A DNA stretch of 64,000 nucleotides from NCBI GenBank assembly GCA_021774735.1, contig JAJFIS010000041.1, forward strand, positions 91,844-155,843, given 5' to 3'. The stretch is from Alphaproteobacteria bacterium (GTDB taxonomy: Bacteria > Pseudomonadota > Alphaproteobacteria > Sphingomonadales > Kordiimonadaceae). The notes beneath the pieces are model-generated. The model searched no databases, was not told where the DNA came from, and saw nothing but the letters and a program-made list of their open reading frames with translations. Within the stretch, counting starts at the first letter, position 1, and every line of letters begins with the position of its first letter. Positions 39,814 through 49,608 of the stretch are shown here, piece after piece. The translations under genes and the position numbers were made by a program.

Positions 39814-41169
39814 TCACTTCGACGATAGTGGCAATGGCGGAGACCAAGCCGGGTCCGATGCCATATGCGGCGTTCTTACCAAATGTTCATTGAAGCCTGT
39901 TAAGTCCACTGACCAAAGGGCTGTACCGCCACCACCACCCTTGCCGTCATAACGCTCGGTGCGGAAATACATCAAAACCCGGCCATTGGGTGACCATGTT
40001 GGCCCTTCATCTTGGTAGGCGTCCGTGAGCAAGCGTTTTCCACTGCCATCAGGTTTCATGACCCCTATGCGGAACTTGCGATCCCCAATCATAGTAAAGG
40101 CAATAAGATCACCGCGCGGCGACCATACAGGTGTTGCAAAGCGCCCTCGACCAAAGCTAATGCGATGAACGTTACTACCATCGGCATTCATCACATAGAG
40201 CTGCTGGCTACCACCTCTATCTGAGTTGAAAACAATCTGGCTGCCATCAGGCGAATAGCTGGGCGAAGTGTCAATGCCGGGATGGGTGGTTAGCTGTGTA
40301 ACGCGGCGGGTGCGCAGATCCATGACAAAAATGTCCGAGTTGCCATCGGTTGCCAGTGACATAATCACTTTATTACCATCTGGCGAGAAACGCGGCGCGA
40401 AGGTCATGCCTTCAAAATCACCCAACACCTCAAATTTATTCGATAGAATATTGAACAGATATACCCTCGGGGTATCGTTGAAATAACTTAAGTAGGTTAT
40501 TTCCTGTTCATTCGGTGAAAAGCGCGGCGTTAACACGAGATATGAACCGTCGGTGAGATTTTGCTGGTTGGCTCCATCTTGGTCCATGATCGCGAGGCGT
40601 TTGATCCGATTAAGCGGGTCACCTGTCTCGGAAATATAAACGATCTTGGTATCGAAATACCCAGATTCGCCGGTAAGGCGATTATAAATACGGTCACTGA
40701 TAACATGGGCAATGCGCCGCCAACTGGAGGCAGGAGCCGTATAAACCATGCCGTCGAGCTGACTGCCACTCGCCACATCCCACAAGCGGTATTCCACTCT
40801 CACACTGCCATCAGCCAATCGTTCCACGCCGCCGGTTATCAAAGCCTGTGCCCCAATAGGGCGCCAATTTGAAAATACTGGCTGAGTGCTGGCTGATTTT
40901 ATCTGCTCAATGAAGCTTTCAGGGTCTAGCGGGCTAAAGAGCCCTGTGCCACCGAGGTTATTAGAAATGACTTGCGTTATGCCTTCACCGATTTCGCTGG
41001 TCTGACCAACCGCAGTTTCCATATCAGTTGAAGTTACAAAGTCCGGCACAGCAACGGGCATCGCGGCCTGCTGACCCCGCGTCACATCAATCTTCAATTG
41101 GGCCACAGCTGGCAAAGCCAAAACTATAACCGCAACTAACCCCATTAAAGCCTTAAACAAATATCGCAT
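39814..41169 (-). CDS. tolB: Tol-Pal system beta-propeller protein TolB
   Basis: Signal peptide [24 protein letters not shown], followed by the TolB N-domain and WD40-like repeats (SPxxSPDG). Confidence 0.93.
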   Translation of the reverse strand: MRYLFKALMGLVAVIVLALPAVAQLKIDVTRGQQAAMPVAVPDFVTSTDMETAVGQTSEIGEGITQVISNNLGGTGLFSPLDPESFIEQIKSASTQPVFSNWRPIGAQALITGGVERLADGSVRVEYRLWDVASGSQLDGMVYTAPASSWRRIAHVISDRIYNRLTGESGYFDTKIVYISETGDPLNRIKRLAIMDQDGANQQNLTDGSYLVLTPRFSPNEQEITYLSYFNDTPRVYLFNILSNKFEVLGDFEGMTFAPRFSPDGNKVIMSLATDGNSDIFVMDLRTRRVTQLTTHPGIDTSPSYSPDGSQIVFNSDRGGSQQLYVMNADGSNVHRISFGRGRFATPVWSPRGDLIAFTMIGDRKFRIGVMKPDGSGKRLLTDAYQDEGPTWSPNGRVLMYFRTERYDGKGGGGGTALWSVDLTGFNEHLVRTPHMASDPAWSPPLPLSSK

Positions 41170-41182
41170 AATATCTTCAGTC

Positions 41183-42025
41183 CTATTGTCCCAGCAAGCG
41201 GGCACCGTCAAAGTTAAATTCTAATTCGCGCCATTCATCATAGCGATCTTGGGGCAAATCTGTATAGGGCGCACATAATCTCACCGCCCGCTGGGTACTT
41301 TCCGCAAACACCCGGAAGAAACCATCATCCATGTGGGCAGTATCCATAATTTTAGGAACGCCAGCAAGTTGCCCGTCGCGGTGTAATAAAACCGATATCC
41401 GCACCCGCATCTGGTCAACACCCTTGGCACCCGAAGGTACATTCCAACATGTGCTAACTTTATCGGCAAAAGCATCAATAAGTGACGCTGTCGCCAGCTT
41501 ACCCGCCAAATCACCAAGTCTTGGTTTATCCTTTTCCTCAGCTTTTTTCTCTGCCAGCTTTTCCTTATCAATCAGGCTCTCATCTTTTTCTTCCTTGATC
41601 GAGCGATCAATGAGGGCCGCTAGTTTAGACGTTTTAAGGCGGCTCGGTGGCTTCGGTTTCATGCGGGGCTGAACCTGACTGCGCAAGCGCTTGCGTTTAA
41701 TCACTTCAGGCTTCGGCTTGGGCTTTAACTTTGGCACAGGCTTGGATTTAGCGGGTGCTGGCAACGGCACGGCATCCAAGGCTGCATCTGGCGTAGCTTC
41801 CGCGCGCGCATAAACTTGTCTTTTAGACGCATCATCCGGCGCTTCTTTTTCAGCTTCCTTGGCTACTTGTTCAGTTTTTTGGGCGATAGCGATAAATTCA
41901 ATAGCGATTGGTACAGGTACATTGGGTGCATCCCGCGGGAACATAGGCACACCAACGGTAAAGAGCGTAATAACGCCCATGTGCAAAGCTACCGAGAATA
42001 TGAATGATGCCTGTGTTTCTGTCAC
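41183..42025 (-). CDS. tolA: Cell envelope integrity protein TolA
   Basis: N-terminal TM, Lys/Pro/Glu-rich linker and TolA/TonB-like C-terminal domain, positioned between tolR and tolB. Confidence 0.85.
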   Translation of the reverse strand: MTETQASFIFSVALHMGVITLFTVGVPMFPRDAPNVPVPIAIEFIAIAQKTEQVAKEAEKEAPDDASKRQVYARAEATPDAALDAVPLPAPAKSKPVPKLKPKPKPEVIKRKRLRSQVQPRMKPKPPSRLKTSKLAALIDRSIKEEKDESLIDKEKLAEKKAEEKDKPRLGDLAGKLATASLIDAFADKVSTCWNVPSGAKGVDQMRVRISVLLHRDGQLAGVPKIMDTAHMDDGFFRVFAESTQRAVRLCAPYTDLPQDRYDEWRELEFNFDGARLLGQ

Positions 42026-42094
42026 TTGATCTTAATCACTATATTTGAATTACCTTTTCAGGCCTGCGTCTAAAATCATGAGGGCTAGCCCCAC

Positions 42095-42520
42095 TTATTT
42101 CTGTTGTGCCAGCAAAGCTACTTTTGAAAACCCAGCCTTGTTGATCGCCCCGATAACTTCCATCACTCGGCCATAGTCAAGCCTTGTGTCACCGCGTACA
42201 TAAATCCGCAAGTCCCTGCGGTTGCCTGCAATCGCCTGCAAGCGCGGTATCAATTGCTCAATGCTGATAGTAGTTTCTTGGATAAATATGGCACCTTCAT
42301 GATTAATGGTAATTTCTAAGGGCTTATCATCCTGCGGCAGATTCTGCGCACTCGCTTTGGGCAGATCAACCGCCACACCGCTTGTCAGCAGCGGTGCCGT
42401 CACCATAAACACAATCAGCAACACCAGCATGACATCAACAAAAGGCGTGACGTTAATTTCCGCCATGGGGCGGTACCTGCCACTGCCCTTTCCTGCACCA
42501 TGTCCAATTGGCGCTGCCAT
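42095..42520 (-). CDS. tolR: TolR (ExbD family)
   Basis: 141 aa with INVTPFVDVMLVLLIVFM motif. Confidence 0.9.
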   Translation of the reverse strand: MAAPIGHGAGKGSGRYRPMAEINVTPFVDVMLVLLIVFMVTAPLLTSGVAVDLPKASAQNLPQDDKPLEITINHEGAIFIQETTISIEQLIPRLQAIAGNRRDLRIYVRGDTRLDYGRVMEVIGAINKAGFSKVALLAQQK

Positions 42521-43245
42521 TAGGAAGCTCGCTCATCAAGTTGGCGCGATATAATGGCCGAAAATTCCTCAGAGAAGCCCTCAACCCGGCTGGCATAGCG
42601 CCCTAAATCGCCAGCGAGCTTGTTATAAGCCACCACCGCAGGAATGGCCGCCACAAGGCCGAGCGCAGTGGCAAGAAGCGCTTCCGCAATGCCCGGTGCC
42701 ACAGTGGCCAGTGAAGTATCAGACGCCATAGCGATGGAGGTAAAACTATTCATAATGCCCCACACGGTACCAAATAAACCCACAAAAGGCGCGGCAGAAC
42801 CGATGGTCGCGAGAAAGCCCACCTGGCCTTCCATGCTGTGCATTTCACGTTGGGTCGTAACCCGCATAACCCGGTGGATACGGTCCTGCATCATGGCTTT
42901 GTCAGGGGTACCTTGGCCCGTACGACCAGAAATACTGCGCTGCCATTCCCGCATGGCGGTAACAAAAACCGATGCCATAGGGTGGTCCGGCGCGCGTTTG
43001 ACCGATTGGTAGAGGTCTTCCAGCGAATTACCTGACCAGAAAGTATCTTCGAACCTGTCAGCCTGTGCACCCGCTTTTTTAATCCTTCGCCAAGTGGCAA
43101 AAATAATCGTCCAACCCCACAGGCTGGATAATATCAGCAATATCATCACGCCTTGAACGATAATGTCTGCTTGGGTGAACATGCCGATAATTGAAAAGTC
43201 GGTAGTGCCAGCCAATGTTGCAGCTTCAATATCCTGTAACGCCAT
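42520..43245 (-). CDS. tolQ: TolQ (MotA/ExbB family)
   Basis: 241 aa with conserved GLFGTVWGIM and TVAPGIAEAL segments. Confidence 0.92.
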   Translation of the reverse strand: MALQDIEAATLAGTTDFSIIGMFTQADIIVQGVMILLILSSLWGWTIIFATWRRIKKAGAQADRFEDTFWSGNSLEDLYQSVKRAPDHPMASVFVTAMREWQRSISGRTGQGTPDKAMMQDRIHRVMRVTTQREMHSMEGQVGFLATIGSAAPFVGLFGTVWGIMNSFTSIAMASDTSLATVAPGIAEALLATALGLVAAIPAVVAYNKLAGDLGRYASRVEGFSEEFSAIISRQLDERAS

Positions 43246-43276
43246 AGTTATCCTCTCTAGCGAAAAGTCTCATTCA

Positions 43277-43741
43277 TCATTCTATTGGCTTCAGCCAACT
43301 ATTCCATGTTTCTCTGGTCCGTAAGGGCCATCGTTTGGGCCTGCCATCTTTGCCAACAATTGCGACAGAAACATGACCGTCCGCCACCAGCTCGCCGCTT
43401 TCCAGCGTAATCCACTGTTTGATCTCAACCGCTGCCGCCCGCAAGCGGGTTATCTGGCAATATCCAAGCAAAATATCCCCCGCCGTTGATTGGCGGTGAT
43501 AGGTAATGTTAACGTTGCGCACAACATAGGTCAGCGGGCCGCCCTCGGCTTCGCTTAGATCGAACAAATAATCGACATCCGCCTCACTCCCGCGAATGCT
43601 TTCAGACCGTATGCGCTCAAAAAAGCTAACGTAACGCGCATGATAGGTCATGCCGCCAATGTCCGTGTCTTCATAAAACACCCGAATAGGATAGCAAAAA
43701 ATGCCGTCCTCCCATGTGCCGCCTGTTGGCTTTAAGCTCAT
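43277..43741 (-). CDS. ybgC: YbgC-type acyl-CoA thioesterase (4HBT fold)
   Basis: [15 protein letters not shown] hotdog motif. The gene sits upstream of tolQ. Confidence 0.88.
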   Translation of the reverse strand: MSLKPTGGTWEDGIFCYPIRVFYEDTDIGGMTYHARYVSFFERIRSESIRGSEADVDYLFDLSEAEGGPLTYVVRNVNITYHRQSTAGDILLGYCQITRLRAAAVEIKQWITLESGELVADGHVSVAIVGKDGRPKRWPLRTRETWNSWLKPIE

Positions 43742-44784
43742 ATATTGTCCTCTAACATATCAATTTGGTCCCCCGGCATGCCTTTCGGTGGGTTAATGCC
43801 CAGATGCTTCCAACCCATGGCAGATAGCGCCCGTCCGCGCGGGGTGCGCTGCACGAGGCCTATTTGCATCAAAAAGGGCTCGATAATATCTTCAATGGCA
43901 TCGCGGGGCTCGCTGAGCGCCGCCGCCAGTGTTTCCACCCCCACCGGGCCACCACCATATGTAACGCCTATACAATGTAAGTAGCGCCGGTCCATACTAT
44001 CCAGACCAAGCTTGTCCACTTGCAAGCGATTGAGCGCCGCGTCCGCCGCAACTGCATCGACCATGTCGCGCTCTGCTACAATCGCAAAGTCACGCACCCG
44101 GCGCAGCAAGCGCCCTGCTATACGCGGTGTGCCACGGGACCGGTTCGCCACTTCCTTTGCCCCGTCTTCGCTTAAACCTAACTCCAGCAGCCGCGCAGCC
44201 CGGCGCACCACTTCGGTCAGCTCTTCAGGGCTATAAAAATCTAGCCTGGTTGGAATGCCGAAACGGTCCCTGAGCGGCTTTGTAATAAGCCCTGAGCGGG
44301 TCGTGGCGCCAATGAGCGTAAAGCGTGGCAGATCAATACGCACAGAGCGCGCCGATGGCCCTTCGCCGATGATGAGATCGAGCTGAAAATCTTCCATCGC
44401 TGGATATAATATTTCCTCCACCGCCGGGTTAAGCCGGTGAATTTCATCAATGAACAGCACATCATTTTCTTGTAAGTTTGTTAGCAGCGCTGCTAAATCG
44501 CCCGCTTTCGATATTACGGGACCGCTGGTAGCGCGAAAATTCACCCCAAGTTCTTTAGCGACAATTTGCGCCAGTGTCGTTTTGCCAAGCCCGGGTGGAC
44601 CAAAGAACAGCACATGGTCCATGGCGTCACCGCGCTTTTTGGTCGCTTCAATGAAAATCTCAAGATTTTCCCGCGCTTGCTTTTGGCCGATAAATTCCGA
44701 CAGTCTTTGAGGCCGCAAACCCGCATCAAGTCCGTCGCGCTCGGTGTCTATTGGCGTCACTAACCTGTCTGCATCATCGCTCAT
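43738..44784 (-). CDS. ruvB: Holliday junction helicase RuvB
   Basis: Walker [10 protein letters not shown] and RuvB-specific segments. Confidence 0.97.
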   Translation of the reverse strand: MSDDADRLVTPIDTERDGLDAGLRPQRLSEFIGQKQARENLEIFIEATKKRGDAMDHVLFFGPPGLGKTTLAQIVAKELGVNFRATSGPVISKAGDLAALLTNLQENDVLFIDEIHRLNPAVEEILYPAMEDFQLDLIIGEGPSARSVRIDLPRFTLIGATTRSGLITKPLRDRFGIPTRLDFYSPEELTEVVRRAARLLELGLSEDGAKEVANRSRGTPRIAGRLLRRVRDFAIVAERDMVDAVAADAALNRLQVDKLGLDSMDRRYLHCIGVTYGGGPVGVETLAAALSEPRDAIEDIIEPFLMQIGLVQRTPRGRALSAMGWKHLGINPPKGMPGDQIDMLEDNI

Positions 44785-45392
44785 GCGCTCAGCTCCTTAA
44801 GACCAGCGGTGATCAAGGCAGAAAGGTCTATATCCCCCTCCATTTGCGAGGCCGCTTTTGCAACAGCACTATGCGCGTCCATAGGCCGGTAGCCTAGGTT
44901 CACCAGTGCTGACACGGCATCTTCCAGCTTGCCGCCAGCCGCCACAGCGCCGCCAGGCTTAGCCGCAGCCGTGCTGGGAGCAAGGACAAAAGCGGTTACC
45001 TTGTCTTTCAGCTCGTTGATAATGCGCGCGGCCAATTTGGGGCCAACACCATTGGCGCGGCTGACGGCGGTTTTATCCTGCGCCGCGATGGCGGTTTGAA
45101 TTTCGTCGGGCGAAAGAGCGGATAGTATCGCCAAAGCCACCTTAGCACCGACACCCTGAACGCTGGTCAACATCCGGTACATGTCACGCTCAACAGTGGT
45201 TTGAAAACCAAACAGGGTGATAGCATCTTCGCGCACTTGGGTATCGATATGGAGTTGCAGCGCCTCGCCCAAACTTGGCAAAGCGCCAAGGGTACGGCTG
45301 CTGGCCTGCACCAAATAGCCGACGCCGCCAACGTCAACTATCAACCAGCCATCGCCGACGCTATCAAGTTGTCCTGTTAGTTTTGCAATCAC
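44781..45392 (-). CDS. ruvA: Holliday junction DNA-binding protein RuvA
   Basis: [10 protein letters not shown]-terminus. The GTG start at 45390-45392 overlaps the ruvC stop (GTGA). The track ORF extends artificially to 45443. Confidence 0.93.
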   Translation of the reverse strand: MIAKLTGQLDSVGDGWLIVDVGGVGYLVQASSRTLGALPSLGEALQLHIDTQVREDAITLFGFQTTVERDMYRMLTSVQGVGAKVALAILSALSPDEIQTAIAAQDKTAVSRANGVGPKLAARIINELKDKVTAFVLAPSTAAAKPGGAVAAGGKLEDAVSALVNLGYRPMDAHSAVAKAASQMEGDIDLSALITAGLKELSA

Positions 45393-45886
45393 CCGCTTCT
45401 GCCTTTCAAGCTTTGTGCATAGCCCACATGATGCGCATGACAAATGGCAACTGCAAGGGCGTCGGCTGCATCAGAACCGTTTATTTTCACGCCAGGCAAT
45501 AAAATCTGAACCATAGCAGCCACTTGCTCCTTACCCGCATGGCCCGCCCCAACGACCGATTTCTTGACGTGATTGGGGGTATATTCCGCCACTGCTATGC
45601 CCAAACTGGCGGGCACAAAAAGCGCGATGCCCCGTGCTTGGCCCAGTTTCAACGTCGATGTCGGGTTCTTATTGACGAAAGTTTCTTCCACTGCGGCAAA
45701 ATCTGGCTGCCATGTCTGGACCACTTCCATCAGGCCCGCGTGCAGATCAACCAACCGTTCAGCCAGCGTATCCTTCGCGTTAGACGTAACGGTGCCATTG
45801 GCGATATGGGTCAGCCTTGTCCCTTCGGCCTGCACAATGCCCCAGCCGGTTTTTTGCAGACCCGGATCAAGACCCAGAAGCCTCAT
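45389..45886 (-). CDS. ruvC: Holliday junction resolvase RuvC
   Basis: [17 protein letters not shown]-terminus with catalytic acidic residues. Confidence 0.96.
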   Translation of the reverse strand: MRLLGLDPGLQKTGWGIVQAEGTRLTHIANGTVTSNAKDTLAERLVDLHAGLMEVVQTWQPDFAAVEETFVNKNPTSTLKLGQARGIALFVPASLGIAVAEYTPNHVKKSVVGAGHAGKEQVAAMVQILLPGVKINGSDAADALAVAICHAHHVGYAQSLKGRSG

Positions 45887-45907
45887 GAATAAACGGTCCC
45901 TCTTCTC

Positions 45908-46654
45908 TTAGCCAAGCTCGGCTAAAACATCAGCAGAAATATCATAGTTGCCGTGCACCACCTGCACATCGTCATCATCATCAAGCGCATCCAAAAGCCG
46001 CATCAGCTTTTCCGCTCCGTCTTTGGTCAGGTTGGTTGGCTCTTTGGGTTTGAAAATAAGCTTAGCACTGGCAGGGTCGCCGCCGAGCGCTGTGGTTAAG
46101 GCCGTGATAACGCCGTGCAGATCGCCTGCATCGGTATAAATAGCATGGCCGTCATCGTCACTTTCAACATCCTCTGCGCCCGCTTCCAAAGCGATCTCAA
46201 ACATGCTGTCAGCGTCTGTCACATCCGCTGGGTAGGTGATCTCACCCACGCGCTCAAACATAAAGCCAACCGAGCCAGTTTCACCCATATTACCGCCAGC
46301 TTTGGCAAATATAGTCCGCACATTAGAGGCGGTACGGTTGCGGTTGTCGGTCAAAGCTTCAACGATGATACCAACGCCGCCGGGGCCGTAGCCCTCATAG
46401 CGCATTTCCTCATAATTTTCTGCGTCACCGCCCTCGGCCTTAGCGATGGCACGGGCGATATTATCCTTCGGCATACTTTGTTGGCGCGCTGTGGTGCAGG
46501 CAAGACGCAAGCGCGGATTCGATTCCAGGTCGCTGCCCCCCATTTTCGCCGCAACGGTGATTTCCTTGCTGAATTTGGAAAACAGCGATGAGCGCTTCTT
46601 ATCCTGCGCTCCTTTACGGTACATAATATTTTTAAATTTGGAATGGCCTGCCAT
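45908..46654 (-). CDS. yebC: YebC/PmpR family DNA-binding regulator
   Basis: [22 protein letters not shown]-terminus, 248 aa. Confidence 0.95.
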   Translation of the reverse strand: MAGHSKFKNIMYRKGAQDKKRSSLFSKFSKEITVAAKMGGSDLESNPRLRLACTTARQQSMPKDNIARAIAKAEGGDAENYEEMRYEGYGPGGVGIIVEALTDNRNRTASNVRTIFAKAGGNMGETGSVGFMFERVGEITYPADVTDADSMFEIALEAGAEDVESDDDGHAIYTDAGDLHGVITALTTALGGDPASAKLIFKPKEPTNLTKDGAEKLMRLLDALDDDDDVQVVHGNYDISADVLAELG

Positions 46655-46800
46655 AATCTAGATCTTACCCATTTTAAACTTTACACCCTCAAGCCTTGTG
46701 GCTGAAAGCCCCCGACCTGCTCACCGTACCTTATTAACAGATTTCCACGCCTTGAACAGAGGCAGATGGTCCTAAATACCTAAAAATATAATTTATTTGT

Positions 46801-47823
46801 TCAATATCCAGCAAGGCTCAAATCAACTAATTCCATTTCATCATAAAGCACGGGCAATTCTCTCGGGCGTATGCGGAATTGATTTCGTTTTTTCGCCTTT
46901 GGCTGGGTGGAAATATTTTCGACTTTTATTCCCGGATCATAATAAACGGCTTTTTCAGCTAAGGCCTGCAAGAACTTCCCAAAATCAGTGCCTACACCCA
47001 ATGCCAAAACATGTCCGTATTGATATTGGACCAAACCACCTTTGCGTTTGTGAGAGGGTACATAGACCGCTTGAGCATGCTTTCTATTCCATTTTTCCAG
47101 CAAACTACTATAGTGCCATACTGCTGCTTCCACACCACCCTCTGACATCAGAGTGATCCCACCATTAATATCAATGATTTTGTTTGTATCAGTATCATAA
47201 CCAACCAGTTCTAATGTTAGTTTCGTTCTAGCTTGCTGTTCTCCGAATTTGTGACCCCCCCCGAAATTAAATCGATCTTCACGGCCTTTCATATCTGGAT
47301 AACCAAATAAACGAATGAAATCGATCACTCCTTGAGTTTTGTAATATCCCCCTGTCGGCTCTGGGGTCATCAGAGTTATTGCTCCACCGGACAATGGATT
47401 ATCCAATTTGCACGAATGTTGCTTCACCTCCCAACCCAGATAATCAGGCAAGTTATCTCCATTTGGCTTCACACCCAGCAAAGCCTCAAGCGTGTAACCG
47501 CCTCCATTTTGTGCCTTGTAGGGCTGTGCGATCCCATCACTGTTAAGTTTGATAGAATCGACCCATCCCATCTCATGCACTTCGCGCAATTTATCCAACA
47601 ATTGCTTTCTGGAGTTTTCATCTGATTGTCGGTTAAATACGACGCTAAAAACATTATCACTATCAAACGCTTTAAGTTCGACGCTGACAGGATTATCAGG
47701 CCCAATGATATGACCAATAATGCGCCTGTCATCTGTTATCCCAAGCAACATGACACGGCCATCATCGCGGCTCGCAAGATATTTACTCGGAGCAAACTCA
47801 GCACCCTTCAGAAAACCCGACAT
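46801..47823 (-). CDS. MvaI/BcnI-like PD-(D/E)XK restriction endonuclease, catalytic portion (possibly the 3' part of a frameshifted gene)
   Basis: GGGYTLEALLGVKPNGDNLPDYLGWEVKQH ... ITLMTPEP parallels the BcnI/MvaI G..LE..G..N...D.G.E.K..TL..P layout as I recall it. The gene is adjacent to a C5-MTase. Confidence 0.6.
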   Translation of the reverse strand: MSGFLKGAEFAPSKYLASRDDGRVMLLGITDDRRIIGHIIGPDNPVSVELKAFDSDNVFSVVFNRQSDENSRKQLLDKLREVHEMGWVDSIKLNSDGIAQPYKAQNGGGYTLEALLGVKPNGDNLPDYLGWEVKQHSCKLDNPLSGGAITLMTPEPTGGYYKTQGVIDFIRLFGYPDMKGREDRFNFGGGHKFGEQQARTKLTLELVGYDTDTNKIIDINGGITLMSEGGVEAAVWHYSSLLEKWNRKHAQAVYVPSHKRKGGLVQYQYGHVLALGVGTDFGKFLQALAEKAVYYDPGIKVENISTQPKAKKRNQFRIRPRELPVLYDEMELVDLSLAGY

Positions 47824-48137
47824 CCGAACCTCAGGATATTTAGGGTAAAGAATAAGCTGAGCGCTCGGAGCCGGAAAAGGCCCCCAACATCATCCATCCA
47901 AAAGAAGGGTAAATCGGCTTTGAAACGATCTCGTTTGCTATCAATACGACTTTCGTCCGTATAAACCTTACCAAAAGGCAGCAACTGCATAGCGGAGTAA
48001 TTGCCGCCAAGATATATTTGGTTTTTGCTATTATCGTTTGGCGCAAGACGCTTGAATACAAGCGTGACAACACCTTGGTCTTTCATCAGACCTCTAATCG
48101 CATCCAAACTTTTAAGCTCAGACAATTCTTTACTCAT
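47808..48137 (-). CDS. 109-aa ORF: N-terminal fragment or partner of the nuclease, with a possible EcoRII-N/B3-like DNA-binding motif
   Basis: VFKRLAPNDNSKNQIYLGG resembles the KRLSANDTG...GLYIP motif of the EcoRII N-domain (weak, by eye). Its 3' end overlaps the next ORF by 16 nt in another frame. Confidence 0.4.
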   Translation of the reverse strand: MSKELSELKSLDAIRGLMKDQGVVTLVFKRLAPNDNSKNQIYLGGNYSAMQLLPFGKVYTDESRIDSKRDRFKADLPFFWMDDVGGLFRLRALSLFFTLNILRFGCRVF

Positions 48138-48159
48138 AAATATCTACCCCCAATAAATA

Positions 48160-49422
48160 CTATTCAGCTGCGACAGTCATCACCTCTGCTCTATTTTTGA
48201 TCTGATCCATAATATATGGTTTCATATAGCGTGCGATCTCAGAAATTACAGGTACAACCACAGAATTCCCAAATTGTTTATAGGCGCGTGTATCTGACAC
48301 GGGTATGATCATTTCTGGCTTGCGGCCACTGTCATACCCCATCAGCCGGGCACATTCCCGCGGTGTTAATCTGCGGGGGTTGTTGCCTTCCTGCTTTATC
48401 AGAATTTCACTGCCATCTTTGTAATAGCGCGCAGAAAGAGTGCGGGCTTTTCCATCTGGTCCATTAAGGCCAAATCCAAAACCATTACCCGCCGCTTTAT
48501 GCTTGGCAGCATAGGCCTGTAGATAAGCCCATAACTTGTCGCTCAGTGTATATTTTGGGTTAACAATGGACGAAGCATTAAGCCCCTCACCCTCAATGGG
48601 AAGTGTAAACAATTCTTCTGGTGCCTCACTCTCATCATGTAAAATTGTTCCGAGCGTGGGGCCTGTTTTTGGGTCAGCGAATTTAAGGGCCTCAAGATCA
48701 AAGTCACAGTCTTCTCGGAACCCCGCAATGAAAATACGCTCGCGGTGCTGAGGGACATACCCTTTGCCGTCAATCACACGGGTACTAAGGCTATAACCTG
48801 CTTCTATTAGGGCACCAATGATGGTCGCGAATGTATCGCCTTTATTATGGCTTTTCAGGTTCTTCACATTCTCCAAGAGGAAAGCCGCTGGTCTATGGTG
48901 CTTGATAATTCGCAGCACATCAAAAAAGAGCGTGCCTTGGGTTTTGTCTTCAAATCCATGTGCCCGGCCCAAGGAATTTTTCTTTGAAACTCCAGCTATA
49001 CTAAAAGGTTGGCATGGAAATCCTGCAAGCAATAAGTCATGTGATGGAATTTCTGAACTTTTTACTTCAGTGATGTCCCCAGCAATGTGGTGGTCATCGT
49101 GAAAATTGGCGCGGTAAGTTCGCTGGGCATAACTGTCCCACTCACTGGTGAAAATACACTGCCCGCCAACGGCTTCAAAACCACGGCGAATACCGCCAAT
49201 ACCCGCGAAGAGGTCTATGAATGTAAAATCAGGCTGTGGGTTTCTAAATTTACGCTTGTAGGAAAGTTTATTGCGCAAAATTTCAAGACAATGGGACTTA
49301 GGTTCAATCTCCCCTTTTTCCCATCGATATATGGTTTTAATCGTGACCCCCATCAAATGAGCGGCCTCTTCAATAGACATAGCATTATGTTCACGAAGCT
49401 CACGAAAGCTCATATTCAACAT
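48160..49422 (-). CDS. DNA (cytosine-5)-methyltransferase with N-terminal XRE-type HTH
   Basis: HTH segment MSIEEAAHLMGVTIKTIYRWEKGE. C5 motifs FIDLFAGIGG, GFPCQPFS, ENVKNL and QFGNSVVVPV. Start is placed at ATG 49420-49422 with GGAGG 5 nt upstream; the track ORF runs to 49506. Confidence 0.9.
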   Translation of the reverse strand: MLNMSFRELREHNAMSIEEAAHLMGVTIKTIYRWEKGEIEPKSHCLEILRNKLSYKRKFRNPQPDFTFIDLFAGIGGIRRGFEAVGGQCIFTSEWDSYAQRTYRANFHDDHHIAGDITEVKSSEIPSHDLLLAGFPCQPFSIAGVSKKNSLGRAHGFEDKTQGTLFFDVLRIIKHHRPAAFLLENVKNLKSHNKGDTFATIIGALIEAGYSLSTRVIDGKGYVPQHRERIFIAGFREDCDFDLEALKFADPKTGPTLGTILHDESEAPEELFTLPIEGEGLNASSIVNPKYTLSDKLWAYLQAYAAKHKAAGNGFGFGLNGPDGKARTLSARYYKDGSEILIKQEGNNPRRLTPRECARLMGYDSGRKPEMIIPVSDTRAYKQFGNSVVVPVISEIARYMKPYIMDQIKNRAEVMTVAAE

Positions 49423-49466
49423 AATTCCCTCCACCAACCCCTGTTCAGAGCAACCCTCAAAACCTG

Positions 49467-49517
49467 GGACATATTTTGACATTACGGGAGTTGTAACACC
49501 TAGCAAAATCTATGTCC
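49467..49517. promoter_or_regulatory. Inverted repeat upstream of the HTH-methyltransferase (candidate operator)
   Basis: GGACATATTTTG (49467-49478) pairs with CAAAATCTATGTCC (49504-49517). The arms are 7 + 5 bp with a 2-nt bulge and a 25-nt spacer. Confidence 0.4.
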
Positions 49518-49608
49518 AGAAGTATTTGTTCTTTATATGTTCTTGTTTTGAGGTTGTTGTCAGCAATTAAAATCACAATTATTCACTTACAATTTGATAA
49601 TCATAATA

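Noticed and set aside
42026-42039. TTGAT-CTTA-ATCAC, a 9/10 FNR-like box at the tolR-tolA junction
   Set aside because: It is located directly at the tolA start codon inside an operon, with no promoter context. It is most likely a chance match.
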